From IMG/VR virus record IMGVR_UViG_3300037634_007270: 64,000 nt of DNA; one strand, 5' to 3'. The translations under genes and the position numbers were made by a program. Each line of letters opens with the position of its first letter. Position 1 is the stretch's first letter. The DNA comes from an uncultured virus (IMG/VR IMGVR_UViG_3300037634_007270) (Duplodnaviria; Heunggongvirae; Uroviricota; Caudoviricetes). The notes below the pieces were generated by a model. The model was not told the origin of the DNA. It saw only the letters and a list, made by a program, of their open reading frames with translations, and searched no databases. This document shows, in pieces, positions 26,006 to 35,579 of this stretch.

Positions 26006-26688
26006 AAATCATATCAGAAATAGGCATTAACCACAATGGCGACTTTCGAAAAATAGAAGAGCTAATCCGCCAGTCAGCAGTTGGAGGAGCAGACTATGCA
26101 AAATTCCAACTGTATGATTCGGTGCGAGTGTTTGGTGATGAATCTCGCAAGAGAAACGAGTTTACATTTGAGCAGGTAAAAATAATCAAAGACATGTGCG
26201 AGGCTCATGGTATCGAGTTCTTTGCTTCCGTATTCGACGAAGAAAAGATTGAATGGTGCGAGAATCTTAATGTAAACTTATATAAGATTGCAAGCAGGAC
26301 AACAGTTAGAGAGCCAAAGTTATGTGAGCAAGTAATTGAAACAGGAAAGCCAGTTTACATCTCGCTAGGAATGTGGGAGCACGAATGGTTGCCTTTTGAG
26401 AACAGTAATGTGAAATATTTTAATTGTATATCGAAATATCCAACGAGCATTATGGACTTCAAGAAATTCTCTTATAATGAAAGGATAGTTGGATTTAGCG
26501 ATCATTCATATGGAGTTGCATATGCTCTCTACAATGTCGCCCACGGCGCCCAAGTGGTAGAGAAGCACTTCACACTTAATAAGAGCATGGAAGGCAATGA
26601 TCACATCGGATCTATGGATTTGAGCGAGCTTAAGGCACTGAGAGAGTATGGCAAACAGTTTAGTAATATTTCAAAGGAGATCAAGTGA
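26002..26688 (+). CDS. neuB: N-acetylneuraminate/nonulosonate synthase family, short form
   Basis: SEIGINHNGD, KFQ, KIAS, GFSDHS and VEKHFTL motifs. Confidence 0.88.
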   Translation: MKIISEIGINHNGDFRKIEELIRQSAVGGADYAKFQLYDSVRVFGDESRKRNEFTFEQVKIIKDMCEAHGIEFFASVFDEEKIEWCENLNVNLYKIASRTTVREPKLCEQVIETGKPVYISLGMWEHEWLPFENSNVKYFNCISKYPTSIMDFKKFSYNERIVGFSDHSYGVAYALYNVAHGAQVVEKHFTLNKSMEGNDHIGSMDLSELKALREYGKQFSNISKEIK

Positions 26689-27524
26689 ATTCGGATAGAA
26701 TAGAAGATTTTCTGAATGCAATAAAGCCAGAGAGCCAATATAATAATTTTTTAAAAGATAAGCGCATTGCTATAGTTGGTCCGTCAAAGCATGTCTTGCT
26801 AGAAAAAAACGGAGCCAAGATAGATGACTACGATGTGGTGATACGACTCAAATGGATGCCAATGAAAGGATTTAATACATTTAAGGATTTTGTGGGTGAT
26901 GAAACACATGTTATGTATAGCTCGGTTGTAAATGATAGCTCGGATTTTAAGGTTCTGTCTCAGAATGGCGTTAGATACTCTAGGCATCCAGAATGCAAAG
27001 AGGGCTCAAAGCCATCTTTTAATGTGTTCGAAGGTGTATTTGTCAACAGCTATTCTTCAGAAGAATATGCTTTTCTACTAAAAGAGTACGCCTCTCAGAG
27101 TGGTTACCGCGACAATAAAATAAAAAATATAAATTCTAAATCAGCTTATAGCATTTGGCCACAACTCGGACTGAATGCCATTATGGAAACAATTGCATCA
27201 GACGCTAGAGAGGTATATATCACTGGATTTACAATGTACCATGGCGGAGGACATATGTTGCAGAAGAACAAGCCGGCAGAACATAACAAAACTATTGTAG
27301 AAAAGCACAATGGTATGCTCGAAATCTTGATGCTATTAGATGTTATGAATTATTCAGAGAAAAATAATAAGAGAATAGTTTTGGATTCTACTTTGAGTAT
27401 GATTTTGGACGGATATAAGGCTCTTAATTTAGAAGATGCTTCGCGTTCCGACAGGAAGCGTATGCGTGAATCTAAGATGAATGAGATGACAGCTAAAGTT
27501 AATTACTTAATAAAGGATCTATAA
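26685..27524 (+). CDS. GT29 sialyltransferase-like protein
   Basis: RIAIVGPS...[13 protein letters not shown] resembles sialylmotif L; VYITGF. Confidence 0.65.
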   Translation: MNSDRIEDFLNAIKPESQYNNFLKDKRIAIVGPSKHVLLEKNGAKIDDYDVVIRLKWMPMKGFNTFKDFVGDETHVMYSSVVNDSSDFKVLSQNGVRYSRHPECKEGSKPSFNVFEGVFVNSYSSEEYAFLLKEYASQSGYRDNKIKNINSKSAYSIWPQLGLNAIMETIASDAREVYITGFTMYHGGGHMLQKNKPAEHNKTIVEKHNGMLEILMLLDVMNYSEKNNKRIVLDSTLSMILDGYKALNLEDASRSDRKRMRESKMNEMTAKVNYLIKDL

Positions 27525-28234
27525 TGAACACAATAGCAGTAATACTTGCCCGCGGCGGTTCTAAGGGTGTGCCAAAAAAGAATATTAAAATGATGGCGGG
27601 AAAGCCGCTTATCGCATGGACTATAGAAGCCGCGCAAGAAAGCAAGATGTTCACGCACCTCGTTGTCAGCACAGACTCGGAAGAGATCGCCGAGGTGGCG
27701 AGCGAATATGGGGCATCTGTTCCGTTTATGAGGCCAGATGAATTAGCTCAAGATCATGTGTGGTCAAGAGATGCCCTTAAACACGCCGTACTGGCTTCTG
27801 AAGAGCATTATGGGGTAACATATGATTATGTGGTTGAACTGCCCTGTGTGGCGCCTCTGAGGACTTCAAAGCACATTGTGGAGTCGGTTAACAAACTCGT
27901 CACCTCTGGCGCCGATAGTGTAACATCCCTAACCTCTGTACAAGACAAACATCCTGTCAGGATGAAAAGAATAGTAGACGACCAGATTAAAGATTTTACA
28001 ACAGAGTTTCCCGAAGGTGAGGGTTCCCGAAGACAGGATTTAGAGCCGTGCTACATTAGAAATGGTGCTATTTTTGCCATGACAAGAGAGTGTATTGTCG
28101 ATTGGTTTTCTAGGCACGGCAAAGACTGTCGTCCGTATTTGATGCCCGAGAATTGCTCTGTTAATATTGATACATTGATGGACTTTAGGTTAGCAGAAAT
28201 TCTTCTTGAGGAGCGAAATGCGAGTCAAAATTGA
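27524..28234 (+). CDS. neuA: acylneuraminate cytidylyltransferase
   Basis: [24 protein letters not shown] and NIDT motifs. Confidence 0.92.
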   Translation: MNTIAVILARGGSKGVPKKNIKMMAGKPLIAWTIEAAQESKMFTHLVVSTDSEEIAEVASEYGASVPFMRPDELAQDHVWSRDALKHAVLASEEHYGVTYDYVVELPCVAPLRTSKHIVESVNKLVTSGADSVTSLTSVQDKHPVRMKRIVDDQIKDFTTEFPEGEGSRRQDLEPCYIRNGAIFAMTRECIVDWFSRHGKDCRPYLMPENCSVNIDTLMDFRLAEILLEERNASQN

Positions 28235-29117
28235 ATGTCCGATTAACTTTTTACAAGTACAGGATATCAATGTAATTTTAGATTCTCTGGGCTATACATT
28301 AGACAGCAAAGATCCGGAGTGTATTGTCGTTAATCCGGGCACTGATATTTTTTTAGACGAGGACTATTTCTCTCGCTATGAGAATCTTAAAATAGTTGGT
28401 ACGCCATCAACAGGCGTGAATCACTTAGATGTGGATTATCTTAATGGTAGGAATATAGCCGTGAAGTGCCTCTTGGACAATCGGAATGTGCTTGAGGATA
28501 TCCATGCATCAGCCGAATTCACTTGGCTGCACATAATGAATGCTTTCCGGAGATTTATACCAGCAGTAAACAATGTCGACAAATGGAGAGAAGATGAAAA
28601 CGAAAGTTTTCTGCGCTCTAACGAATTGGCTGGAAAGACAATAGGCATTATTGGATTGGGAAGAATAGGCAGAAAGATAGCCAAATACGCCAAAGCCTTT
28701 AACATGAATATAGAATATTATGATCCTTATGTCGACAATTGTCAATATAAAAGAGTTTTTTCCTTGACAAATCTACAAAAAGCTGATATATTATGTATAA
28801 GTTGTTATCTCACCGAGGAAACTAGAGGATTAATAGGTGCCGGCATCTTGGACGATTTCAAACAAGGTTTGATTGTCGTTAATACTTCAAGGGGAGAGGT
28901 TGTAGATGAAGAATATATTTACAATCTTATAATAAGGGATAAAATCTTTTACTCTTGTGATGTATTGTGTGGTGAACAAAATATAAATATGCTTAGAGAA
29001 TCTAAATTATTCAATCTCGACAGAGATAACATAGTCATCACTCCTCATGTTGCTGGGGCAACAGTGGAAAGTCAAACCAAAGCTTTGAGAGGCATACTAG
29101 AGTTATGTATAAAATAA
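28218..29117 (+). CDS. D-isomer-specific 2-hydroxyacid dehydrogenase
   Basis: [18 protein letters not shown] and TPHVAGAT motifs. Confidence 0.88.
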   Translation: MRVKIECPINFLQVQDINVILDSLGYTLDSKDPECIVVNPGTDIFLDEDYFSRYENLKIVGTPSTGVNHLDVDYLNGRNIAVKCLLDNRNVLEDIHASAEFTWLHIMNAFRRFIPAVNNVDKWREDENESFLRSNELAGKTIGIIGLGRIGRKIAKYAKAFNMNIEYYDPYVDNCQYKRVFSLTNLQKADILCISCYLTEETRGLIGAGILDDFKQGLIVVNTSRGEVVDEEYIYNLIIRDKIFYSCDVLCGEQNINMLRESKLFNLDRDNIVITPHVAGATVESQTKALRGILELCIK

Positions 29118-29779
29118 CAGTTGGCATCAGTTGCTATAAGCAAAAAAGATGGCTACATCGCTGCTTAAGAAGTTTGGTTAATCAGACAATCGGTAAGGAT
29201 AAATTTGAGGTTGTGTTGGTGAACGACGATCCACAAGAGAGATTAGAGGATATATGTAGCATTTTTTCGGATCATCTCAATATTCGATTAGTTAACAACG
29301 AAAAGAATCTTGGTTTGCCGAGTTCATTAAACAAGATATTGCAGAATAGCTTAGGACAATATTTTGTACGAATCGATTCTGATGATTATGTTTCGAAACA
29401 TTTTCTCTACATGCTTTCTACATTTCTCGATATGAACTCAGGGCCCAGAATTATGCAATCAAATATGAACTGTCAGGCAGTGGCTTGTGATTATTTTAAA
29501 GTGGACAACACCGGTCAATTAATGAGCAGACACAGCGCAGAGGAAGAATTTGTTGCATGTGGTATTATGTTTACATATGAGTCTTTGTGTGACATAGGCT
29601 TTTACGATGAGGATTACAAAATGAGAGAGGGGCACGAAATGATTCGAAGATACAAAGAAAAGTATAAAGTATATAACCTGCCGATGCCTCTCTACAAGTA
29701 CAGAATTCACGAATCTAACAGAACCAAAGATTCTGATCAGGTTCAAAACTATGATGAAAAATTGAAAGGAGATAAATAA
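29105..29779 (+). CDS. glycosyltransferase family 2
   Basis: VNDD, NLGL and RIDSDD motifs. Confidence 0.85.
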   Translation: MYKITVGISCYKQKRWLHRCLRSLVNQTIGKDKFEVVLVNDDPQERLEDICSIFSDHLNIRLVNNEKNLGLPSSLNKILQNSLGQYFVRIDSDDYVSKHFLYMLSTFLDMNSGPRIMQSNMNCQAVACDYFKVDNTGQLMSRHSAEEEFVACGIMFTYESLCDIGFYDEDYKMREGHEMIRRYKEKYKVYNLPMPLYKYRIHESNRTKDSDQVQNYDEKLKGDK

Positions 29780-30636
29780 TGGCTTTATGCTTAGTAACAG
29801 GACATCAAGGGTATATAGGGGGCGCTTTATATAGCAAACTTATGTCTCTGGGCCATGATGTGGTTGGGATAGACTACAAAAGAGATGACAGTTGGGACAT
29901 CTTAAATGGCTTAGAGCGAATCGAACAATATGATTTTGATTATGTGTTCCATCTAGCCTGCATCCCGCGAGTTGCATATAGTGTCGAACAACCAGTTCAC
30001 ACAATGATGAACAATATTTTATCAACAAGTATCGTACTGGATTTTGCAAAGAGAAAGAATGTCAAGCGAGTAATCTACTCTGGCTCTTCGTCAGTTGTGG
30101 GGAATGGAGACGGCCCAGCTAGCCCATATGCATTGCAAAAATTAACATCTGAGCTAGAGACAAAACTATATTCGGACTTATATGGCATTGATACCGTGAC
30201 TTTGCGGTATTTTAATGTATACAGCGCAGATCAGCCAGCCGATAGCCCATACGCCACCGCAGTCGCAAATTGGATGAGATTTATTCGAGAGGATAAAAAT
30301 CCTTTCATTACGGGGGACGGAGAGCAACGCAGGGACATGGCACATAGGGACGATGTCGTCGCAGCAAATATCTTCGCCATGGAACATGAAGGGAAGTTTG
30401 GAGGGCAACACTACGATGTAGGCACCGGAGACAACATATCACTTAATGAAATGAGGGATATCGTCGGCACCCACTTCCCAGAGGTTCAGTTTGATTATAT
30501 CGAAGAAAGAAAGGGCGATGTACAGTTAACTAAGGCAGACATGTCGCAACTAAAGGCTTTAGGGTGGGAACCAAAATTTTCAATTAAAGAGGGTATTTCT
30601 GGCTGCTTTGAAAACCTAAAGAGGAGCTTGTCATGA
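29779..30636 (+). CDS. NAD-dependent nucleotide-sugar epimerase/dehydratase
   Basis: VTGHQGYIG, YALQK, LRYFNVY and GDGEQRRD motifs. Confidence 0.9.
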   Translation: MALCLVTGHQGYIGGALYSKLMSLGHDVVGIDYKRDDSWDILNGLERIEQYDFDYVFHLACIPRVAYSVEQPVHTMMNNILSTSIVLDFAKRKNVKRVIYSGSSSVVGNGDGPASPYALQKLTSELETKLYSDLYGIDTVTLRYFNVYSADQPADSPYATAVANWMRFIREDKNPFITGDGEQRRDMAHRDDVVAANIFAMEHEGKFGGQHYDVGTGDNISLNEMRDIVGTHFPEVQFDYIEERKGDVQLTKADMSQLKALGWEPKFSIKEGISGCFENLKRSLS

Positions 30637-31475
30637 TTAAATCATTAGGAATCATCGGCCATGGATTTGTAGGGCAGGCGATATCCTTTGGTTTCAGTCC
30701 GGTTGTGCCTATTAATATATATGATAAAGATCCTTTGGTTTCAACGAACACGCTGGAAGAGACAGTTAATGATTCTGACATTGTATTTGTAAGTGTGCCG
30801 ACACCGATGAGGAGTGATGAATCAATAGATTTATCGATTGTCAATAGCGTGTTTGGGGAAATCAATAGAGTAAACAAGAGAACAGACAATGTGATAGTTC
30901 TTAAATCTACAGTCGTTCCCGGCACAACAGATTCGTTAATAGAAAAATACCCGAATTTAAATATCGTTTTCAATCCAGAGTTTCTTACCGAAAGGAAGGC
31001 AAAATTTGATTTTCTAAATCAGGCAAGAGTTGTCCTTGGCGGCGACAGAAAATATACAGATAAAGTAGCAGAAATCTACAATCTAAGATTCAAAAGCCCT
31101 AGGATTATTTTTACTGATACCAATACCGCTGAACTAATTAAGTACTTTAACAATGTGTTTTTTGCAGTGAAGGTATCTTTTGCCAATGAGATGAAAAGAG
31201 TTTGTGACTCTATTGGCGCCAATTGGGATCATGCACTCGCCGGATTTGTTTCAGATTCTCGCGTTGCTGATTCTCATCTTAATGTTCCTGGGCCAGATGG
31301 TTTATCTGGCTTCGGTGGCACATGTTTTCCAAAAGATTTGTGCGCATTCAAAAGCTTTGTCAAGACATTAGATTTGTCTTGCAATGTAATAGATGGAGCA
31401 TGGGGAACTAATCTTGAAGTCCGGCCGGAGAGAGATTGGGAAAAGTTAAAAGGCCGAGCAGTATCTACTAAATAG
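30633..31475 (+). CDS. ugd: UDP-glucose/GDP-mannose 6-dehydrogenase family, short form
   Basis: GHGFVG, VPTP, KSTV, NPEFL and GFGGTCFPKD motifs. Confidence 0.88.
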   Translation: MIKSLGIIGHGFVGQAISFGFSPVVPINIYDKDPLVSTNTLEETVNDSDIVFVSVPTPMRSDESIDLSIVNSVFGEINRVNKRTDNVIVLKSTVVPGTTDSLIEKYPNLNIVFNPEFLTERKAKFDFLNQARVVLGGDRKYTDKVAEIYNLRFKSPRIIFTDTNTAELIKYFNNVFFAVKVSFANEMKRVCDSIGANWDHALAGFVSDSRVADSHLNVPGPDGLSGFGGTCFPKDLCAFKSFVKTLDLSCNVIDGAWGTNLEVRPERDWEKLKGRAVSTK

Positions 31476-31486
31476 GAGAATTTAAA

Positions 31487-31693
31487 ATGACAGATGTAAA
31501 TAAAGAAATGGAGCTTTCAAACCAAGCGCTAGGCGCGCTCATGATGGCTCTTCAAAACTCACTCATGAATCAGAGCGATATCGTTCCAGTGTTAAAGGAA
31601 TTCAAGTTTCGACTTTCAGATTCCGGACTCATGGTAATGAACCCCCCTCTTGTTAAAATCGGCAATGACGCTTCCGAAGAAGAGGATGAATAG
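31487..31693 (+). CDS. hypothetical protein
   Basis: AGGAG SD; 68 aa. Confidence 0.75.
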   Translation: MTDVNKEMELSNQALGALMMALQNSLMNQSDIVPVLKEFKFRLSDSGLMVMNPPLVKIGNDASEEEDE

Positions 31694-31948
31694 TTGCCCA
31701 GGTATTCATACAAATGCAAAGAGTGTGAGCATATTTTCGATGTTGTCCATGGAATGCTTATAAAGCTCAAGAATTGTGACGAGTGCGATACTGAGGATTC
31801 TTTGCTTAGAATTCCTTCGGAGACTTATTCTACAAAGAGCAAGCAACCATCGGAGGATAAAACAGGCGAAATCGTAAAAGAATTTATCCGCAATACCAAG
31901 AAAGAGATAAGCGAAGATAAAAAATCGTTCAAAGAGGAGCTATATTAA
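31694..31948 (+). CDS. FmdB-family zinc-ribbon protein
   Basis: MPRYSYKCKEC...CDEC. Confidence 0.8.
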   Translation: MPRYSYKCKECEHIFDVVHGMLIKLKNCDECDTEDSLLRIPSETYSTKSKQPSEDKTGEIVKEFIRNTKKEISEDKKSFKEELY

Positions 31949-32310
31949 TGTCGGGATCTTTTTTAATAATTATTGTGCTTTCTGTGATATTTTTGCTTTC
32001 TATCTCAATAAATATATTTTTTCTCTGGTACCTCACAGGCTTGACATCTCGTTTATTGTTTTTTTCTGAAAACACAAATACATTAATAGACATGGTAGAT
32101 GAATTCACGGAACATGTTCGTTCGGTGTATGAAATGGAAACTTTCTATGGAGATCAGACTTTGCATGGCTTGTTGCAGCACGGATCGCAACTAATCGAAG
32201 ATTTGGAGAAATTCGATGAAATTATTTATTTAACAGAAGAAGAAGAGGAGGTTGGCATTGATGGCGAAAGAGACGAACACGACGAGGCCGAAGAGTCCGA
32301 AACCGCGTAG
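31948..32310 (+). CDS. membrane-anchored hypothetical protein
   Basis: Long N-terminal hydrophobic helix and acidic tail. Confidence 0.7.
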   Translation: MSGSFLIIIVLSVIFLLSISINIFFLWYLTGLTSRLLFFSENTNTLIDMVDEFTEHVRSVYEMETFYGDQTLHGLLQHGSQLIEDLEKFDEIIYLTEEEEEVGIDGERDEHDEAEESETA

Positions 32311-32992
32311 AAAAAAGGCAAAAACTAAGAGACTGTATTTTACGCAAGTCCATGAAGATGCAATAGTTGCTTATGTAAAAACCGAAAGCGCTAGAGAAAG
32401 AACTGTATTGTATAGAGATTTTATCGGACCGGCATTTAATGAAATGGTTGATAAGATTGTTTTTACTTATAAATTTACAAGCTTACCAAACATTGAATCT
32501 TTGAGAGATGAATGTAAGGTATGGCTGGTTACAATTCTTGACAAGTATGATCCCAATAAGGGCTCAAAGGCATTTTCTTATTTCAGTGTCATAACAAAAA
32601 ATTGGTTTATTCACAAAGTTAAAAGAAAGAGCAAAAGGCTCAAGCAGGAGGTACACCTAAGTGAGATTTCAAGGGAGCTTGAATTAAAGCATATTTCTGT
32701 AAAAAACCCATATTATAAAGACAGGGTTCAAAAGGAGTTCTGGCAGATGCTGTCGACGGAGGTAGACTCTTGGGATTATGAGAAAATGAAGGACAACGAA
32801 AGAAAAGTCTTGGAAGCAGTTAAAATTTTAATGGAAAGCTGTGATGATATAGAAATTTTCAATAAGAAAGCTATTTATTTATACCTGAGAGAAATAACTG
32901 GGCTTAACACAAAACAGATTGTTAACAATCTTAATAAAATGCGCACAAAGTATAAGGTATTTAAAGTTAAATGGGATAAAGGAGACTTATGA
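32261..32992 (+). CDS. phage-encoded sigma factor-like protein (T4 gp55-like region 2)
   Basis: LDKYDPNKGSKAFSYFSVITKN resembles sigma region 2.3; GAGGAGG SD. Confidence 0.65.
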   Translation: MAKETNTTRPKSPKPRRKKAKTKRLYFTQVHEDAIVAYVKTESARERTVLYRDFIGPAFNEMVDKIVFTYKFTSLPNIESLRDECKVWLVTILDKYDPNKGSKAFSYFSVITKNWFIHKVKRKSKRLKQEVHLSEISRELELKHISVKNPYYKDRVQKEFWQMLSTEVDSWDYEKMKDNERKVLEAVKILMESCDDIEIFNKKAIYLYLREITGLNTKQIVNNLNKMRTKYKVFKVKWDKGDL

Positions 32993-33282
32993 AGAATCTT
33001 GATCACTATCTTGAAGAAGCAATTAAAAACATCAAAGAAGACAGGGATATCACTAAAGAACTCCTTGATGATGTAATTCGCTATATCGGAAAAAATGAAG
33101 AGCACCATAAATATGTTGGCCAAACAGCAGCAAAATATGTAGAAACTCTTCAAAGATCTAACGAGCAATTAGTTAAGATATCCTCTTTGATACAAAAAAA
33201 CCAATTGACTTCAACGGGCTTGTCGGAAGACGATAAAGCTGATATTTTCGATATGTTACAAGATAGCGGAGAGGCTACATAA
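32989..33282 (+). CDS. hypothetical helical protein
   Basis: Coupled ORF with AAGGAG SD. Confidence 0.75.
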   Translation: MKNLDHYLEEAIKNIKEDRDITKELLDDVIRYIGKNEEHHKYVGQTAAKYVETLQRSNEQLVKISSLIQKNQLTSTGLSEDDKADIFDMLQDSGEAT

Positions 33283-34502
33283 TGTCTGATGATCCTCGGA
33301 AAGAAAAGCCTTTTTCCCGTAACCCCCATTTAGGCGCCTTACGCGGCGGTTACCCAGACCAGTACGCCAACCTCAGCGCTGTGAAAAATATGCAGCGCAA
33401 ACAGGCGGCGCAACCACAAGGCGTAGAGAAAGAGCAGGAAGTAACTAAGTGCATTGGAGCCAGAATAGCAAGAACTGTCGTTCCCGGACAAACGCCGGCT
33501 GAAGATGAAGAAACAAGTAGACTGGCGGTTATGGTATACCGCCAAGACCACAATGGAATGGCAGGAAAGCAGCCGAATGTCGAGGTGATTCACGACGACG
33601 CGGAACTCTTTGGGTTGTCCACTGAAGAAAAACAAAATATAGATTTTTATTGCATAGAGTCTTTCTCCGATCCCCTCGAAGGCAATCCAGATGCTCCAGT
33701 ATCGATGCCGGCAACCGGCGATTGGGTGAGAGTGAGTCCGCCGGCTGATGGTGTGCCTGATGACGAATGTAGATATTTAGAGATACAAGAGCCCGGCCCA
33801 TATTCTACGGCTGGATCGAAAGGTACATCTGCCCGCGGCGCCTTCACGGGACGAAGTGGAATTCCCGTCATCGCGGAGTGGTACCCTGCGCCGGACACGA
33901 AAACGCTAGCAGAACTAGCCACCAACCATGTTGATGCAGCATCGCTTGCGCAGGATCCATGCATGGATGAACTACCGGATGACGGCGACTTCTCAGAAGC
34001 TGGTGGCGAACAGCCGGTTTTCCCTACCAGTGGTACCGTCGGCAGAGCGTTTGAAAATCATGCAAAAGAAGGCGGTAGCTCTCCTTATGCAGTTGACTTC
34101 AGCGCCACTCAAAACACCCCCGTAGTGTCAATATTAGATGGAGAAATCATCGCTATCGACGACCCAAGCGGCACCGGCTCATGTGGCGGCTCAGTCTCAA
34201 TAAAGTATATAGTAAATGGCAAACAACTAGTTGTTAAATATTGTCACCTATCTACTGTACCATCCGATTCCTACCCTTGCCCAATCAAGCGCGGAGCAGT
34301 AGTTGGCTTATCCGGAGGTTCCCCCGGCAGTCCCGGCGCGGGCAGGACAACCGGCCCGCATCTCCACGCGCAGTTTAGCATCGCCGGAACAGGCGCAACT
34401 AATGATGGAATCAAGGAATTGCTTGGGTGGGACTTACTTGCCGCGGACAATCTGAACAATGTTAACATCACCGCCGGCACAAACTGTAGAGAAAAAAGTT
34501 AA
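33282..34502 (+). CDS. baseplate hub-type protein with C-terminal M23 peptidase domain
   Basis: MPATGDWVRV (gp5 OB-like); AVDF..NTPV, YCHLS and TTGPHLH. Confidence 0.7.
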   Translation: MSDDPRKEKPFSRNPHLGALRGGYPDQYANLSAVKNMQRKQAAQPQGVEKEQEVTKCIGARIARTVVPGQTPAEDEETSRLAVMVYRQDHNGMAGKQPNVEVIHDDAELFGLSTEEKQNIDFYCIESFSDPLEGNPDAPVSMPATGDWVRVSPPADGVPDDECRYLEIQEPGPYSTAGSKGTSARGAFTGRSGIPVIAEWYPAPDTKTLAELATNHVDAASLAQDPCMDELPDDGDFSEAGGEQPVFPTSGTVGRAFENHAKEGGSSPYAVDFSATQNTPVVSILDGEIIAIDDPSGTGSCGGSVSIKYIVNGKQLVVKYCHLSTVPSDSYPCPIKRGAVVGLSGGSPGSPGAGRTTGPHLHAQFSIAGTGATNDGIKELLGWDLLAADNLNNVNITAGTNCREKS

Positions 34503-34520
34503 TTAATAAGGAATTTTAAA

Positions 34521-35534
34521 ATGTCAATATTAAGTATATTTGCAGAAAGCAGAGCGCTCCAATATCTTCGAGCAGAACTTCCAGAAGATGTAAGGGAAAA
34601 CATCGACGAGTTGGGCGGCGCCCTCGCCGCAGGAATGGTGAAGGCAGGCATTAACTGTGAGCCAAACTCGACAGATCTATATATTGCAAGGCGCGCCCAC
34701 GCCACCGGCGAAAAGATTATTAGCGGAAGGGGGAATTGCCATATGGTTTTCGGTTCCGATCGGCCGAACAGCGTTGTTAGCGGACATGGAGGACAAGGAG
34801 CAGACGGTTGTAGTGCTATTGATATTGTAGCCGGAATGTTGCCCGATTTAAAAAGAGATCAGATTGTAGATCCAAACTTCACAGGTGATGCTGCCAGAAT
34901 TTACATCAGTCAAAAAACAAATATTGATAAGAACTTTAATCTGTCAGCTGGCCATGTTGGCGCCTCAGAAGGCGATTCGGCAATTGGAATGAAAGCCGAT
35001 TCTATTCGAATAATTGCCAGAAAAGGAATTAAGCTTGTAACCGAAGGAAGGGGTTCTCGTTCTCCAACTAGTGGTGACATTAAAACTACTGTCGGCATTG
35101 ACTTAATAGCCGGCAATGATGACGGCGCACAGAACAATCCTATTCTTGGTGGAATTTTAACAGCCCTCGGCATGCCCGATGATAATCCCAAAATCCAACC
35201 AATACCTAAAGGTTACAACTTACAAGAAGCGCTCAACGATCTTGTGGGCCTGCTGGACGATCTATCTGGCATCGTTGATACTTTTGTAACTTATCAGATG
35301 ATTTTCAATCTTCAAGCTTCCATGCATACTCACACTGGAGTTGGGGTTGGGGTTATACAAACATTTCCTTCTCCAGGATTCATAATAAACGGTTGTGTAA
35401 AAACTCTACAAGAATTGGTAAACTGTAAAATGCCAATATATCTGCACAGAGTGAACACATCCCTATATAGGATCAACAATCTGACAGAACAAGGCAATAA
35501 TTGGATAAACAGCAGATTTAACAGGACAAACTAA
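34521..35534 (+). CDS. putative baseplate spike/gp5 C-terminal-like protein
   Basis: Beta-strand repeats (IGMKADSIRIIARKGIKLV), HTH metal-tip motif (MHTHT), and position in the module. Confidence 0.5.
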   Translation: MSILSIFAESRALQYLRAELPEDVRENIDELGGALAAGMVKAGINCEPNSTDLYIARRAHATGEKIISGRGNCHMVFGSDRPNSVVSGHGGQGADGCSAIDIVAGMLPDLKRDQIVDPNFTGDAARIYISQKTNIDKNFNLSAGHVGASEGDSAIGMKADSIRIIARKGIKLVTEGRGSRSPTSGDIKTTVGIDLIAGNDDGAQNNPILGGILTALGMPDDNPKIQPIPKGYNLQEALNDLVGLLDDLSGIVDTFVTYQMIFNLQASMHTHTGVGVGVIQTFPSPGFIINGCVKTLQELVNCKMPIYLHRVNTSLYRINNLTEQGNNWINSRFNRTN

Positions 35535-35579
35535 TTATAACAGCAACCGAAACTTTTAAATTTAAAGCAGGATAAATCA

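Noticed and set aside
16284..31475. Bacterial capsule or O-antigen locus (window is cellular DNA)
   Set aside because: No wzx, wzy, wza or kps genes; the cluster is flanked by phage nuclease, sigma-like and baseplate genes in one co-oriented array.
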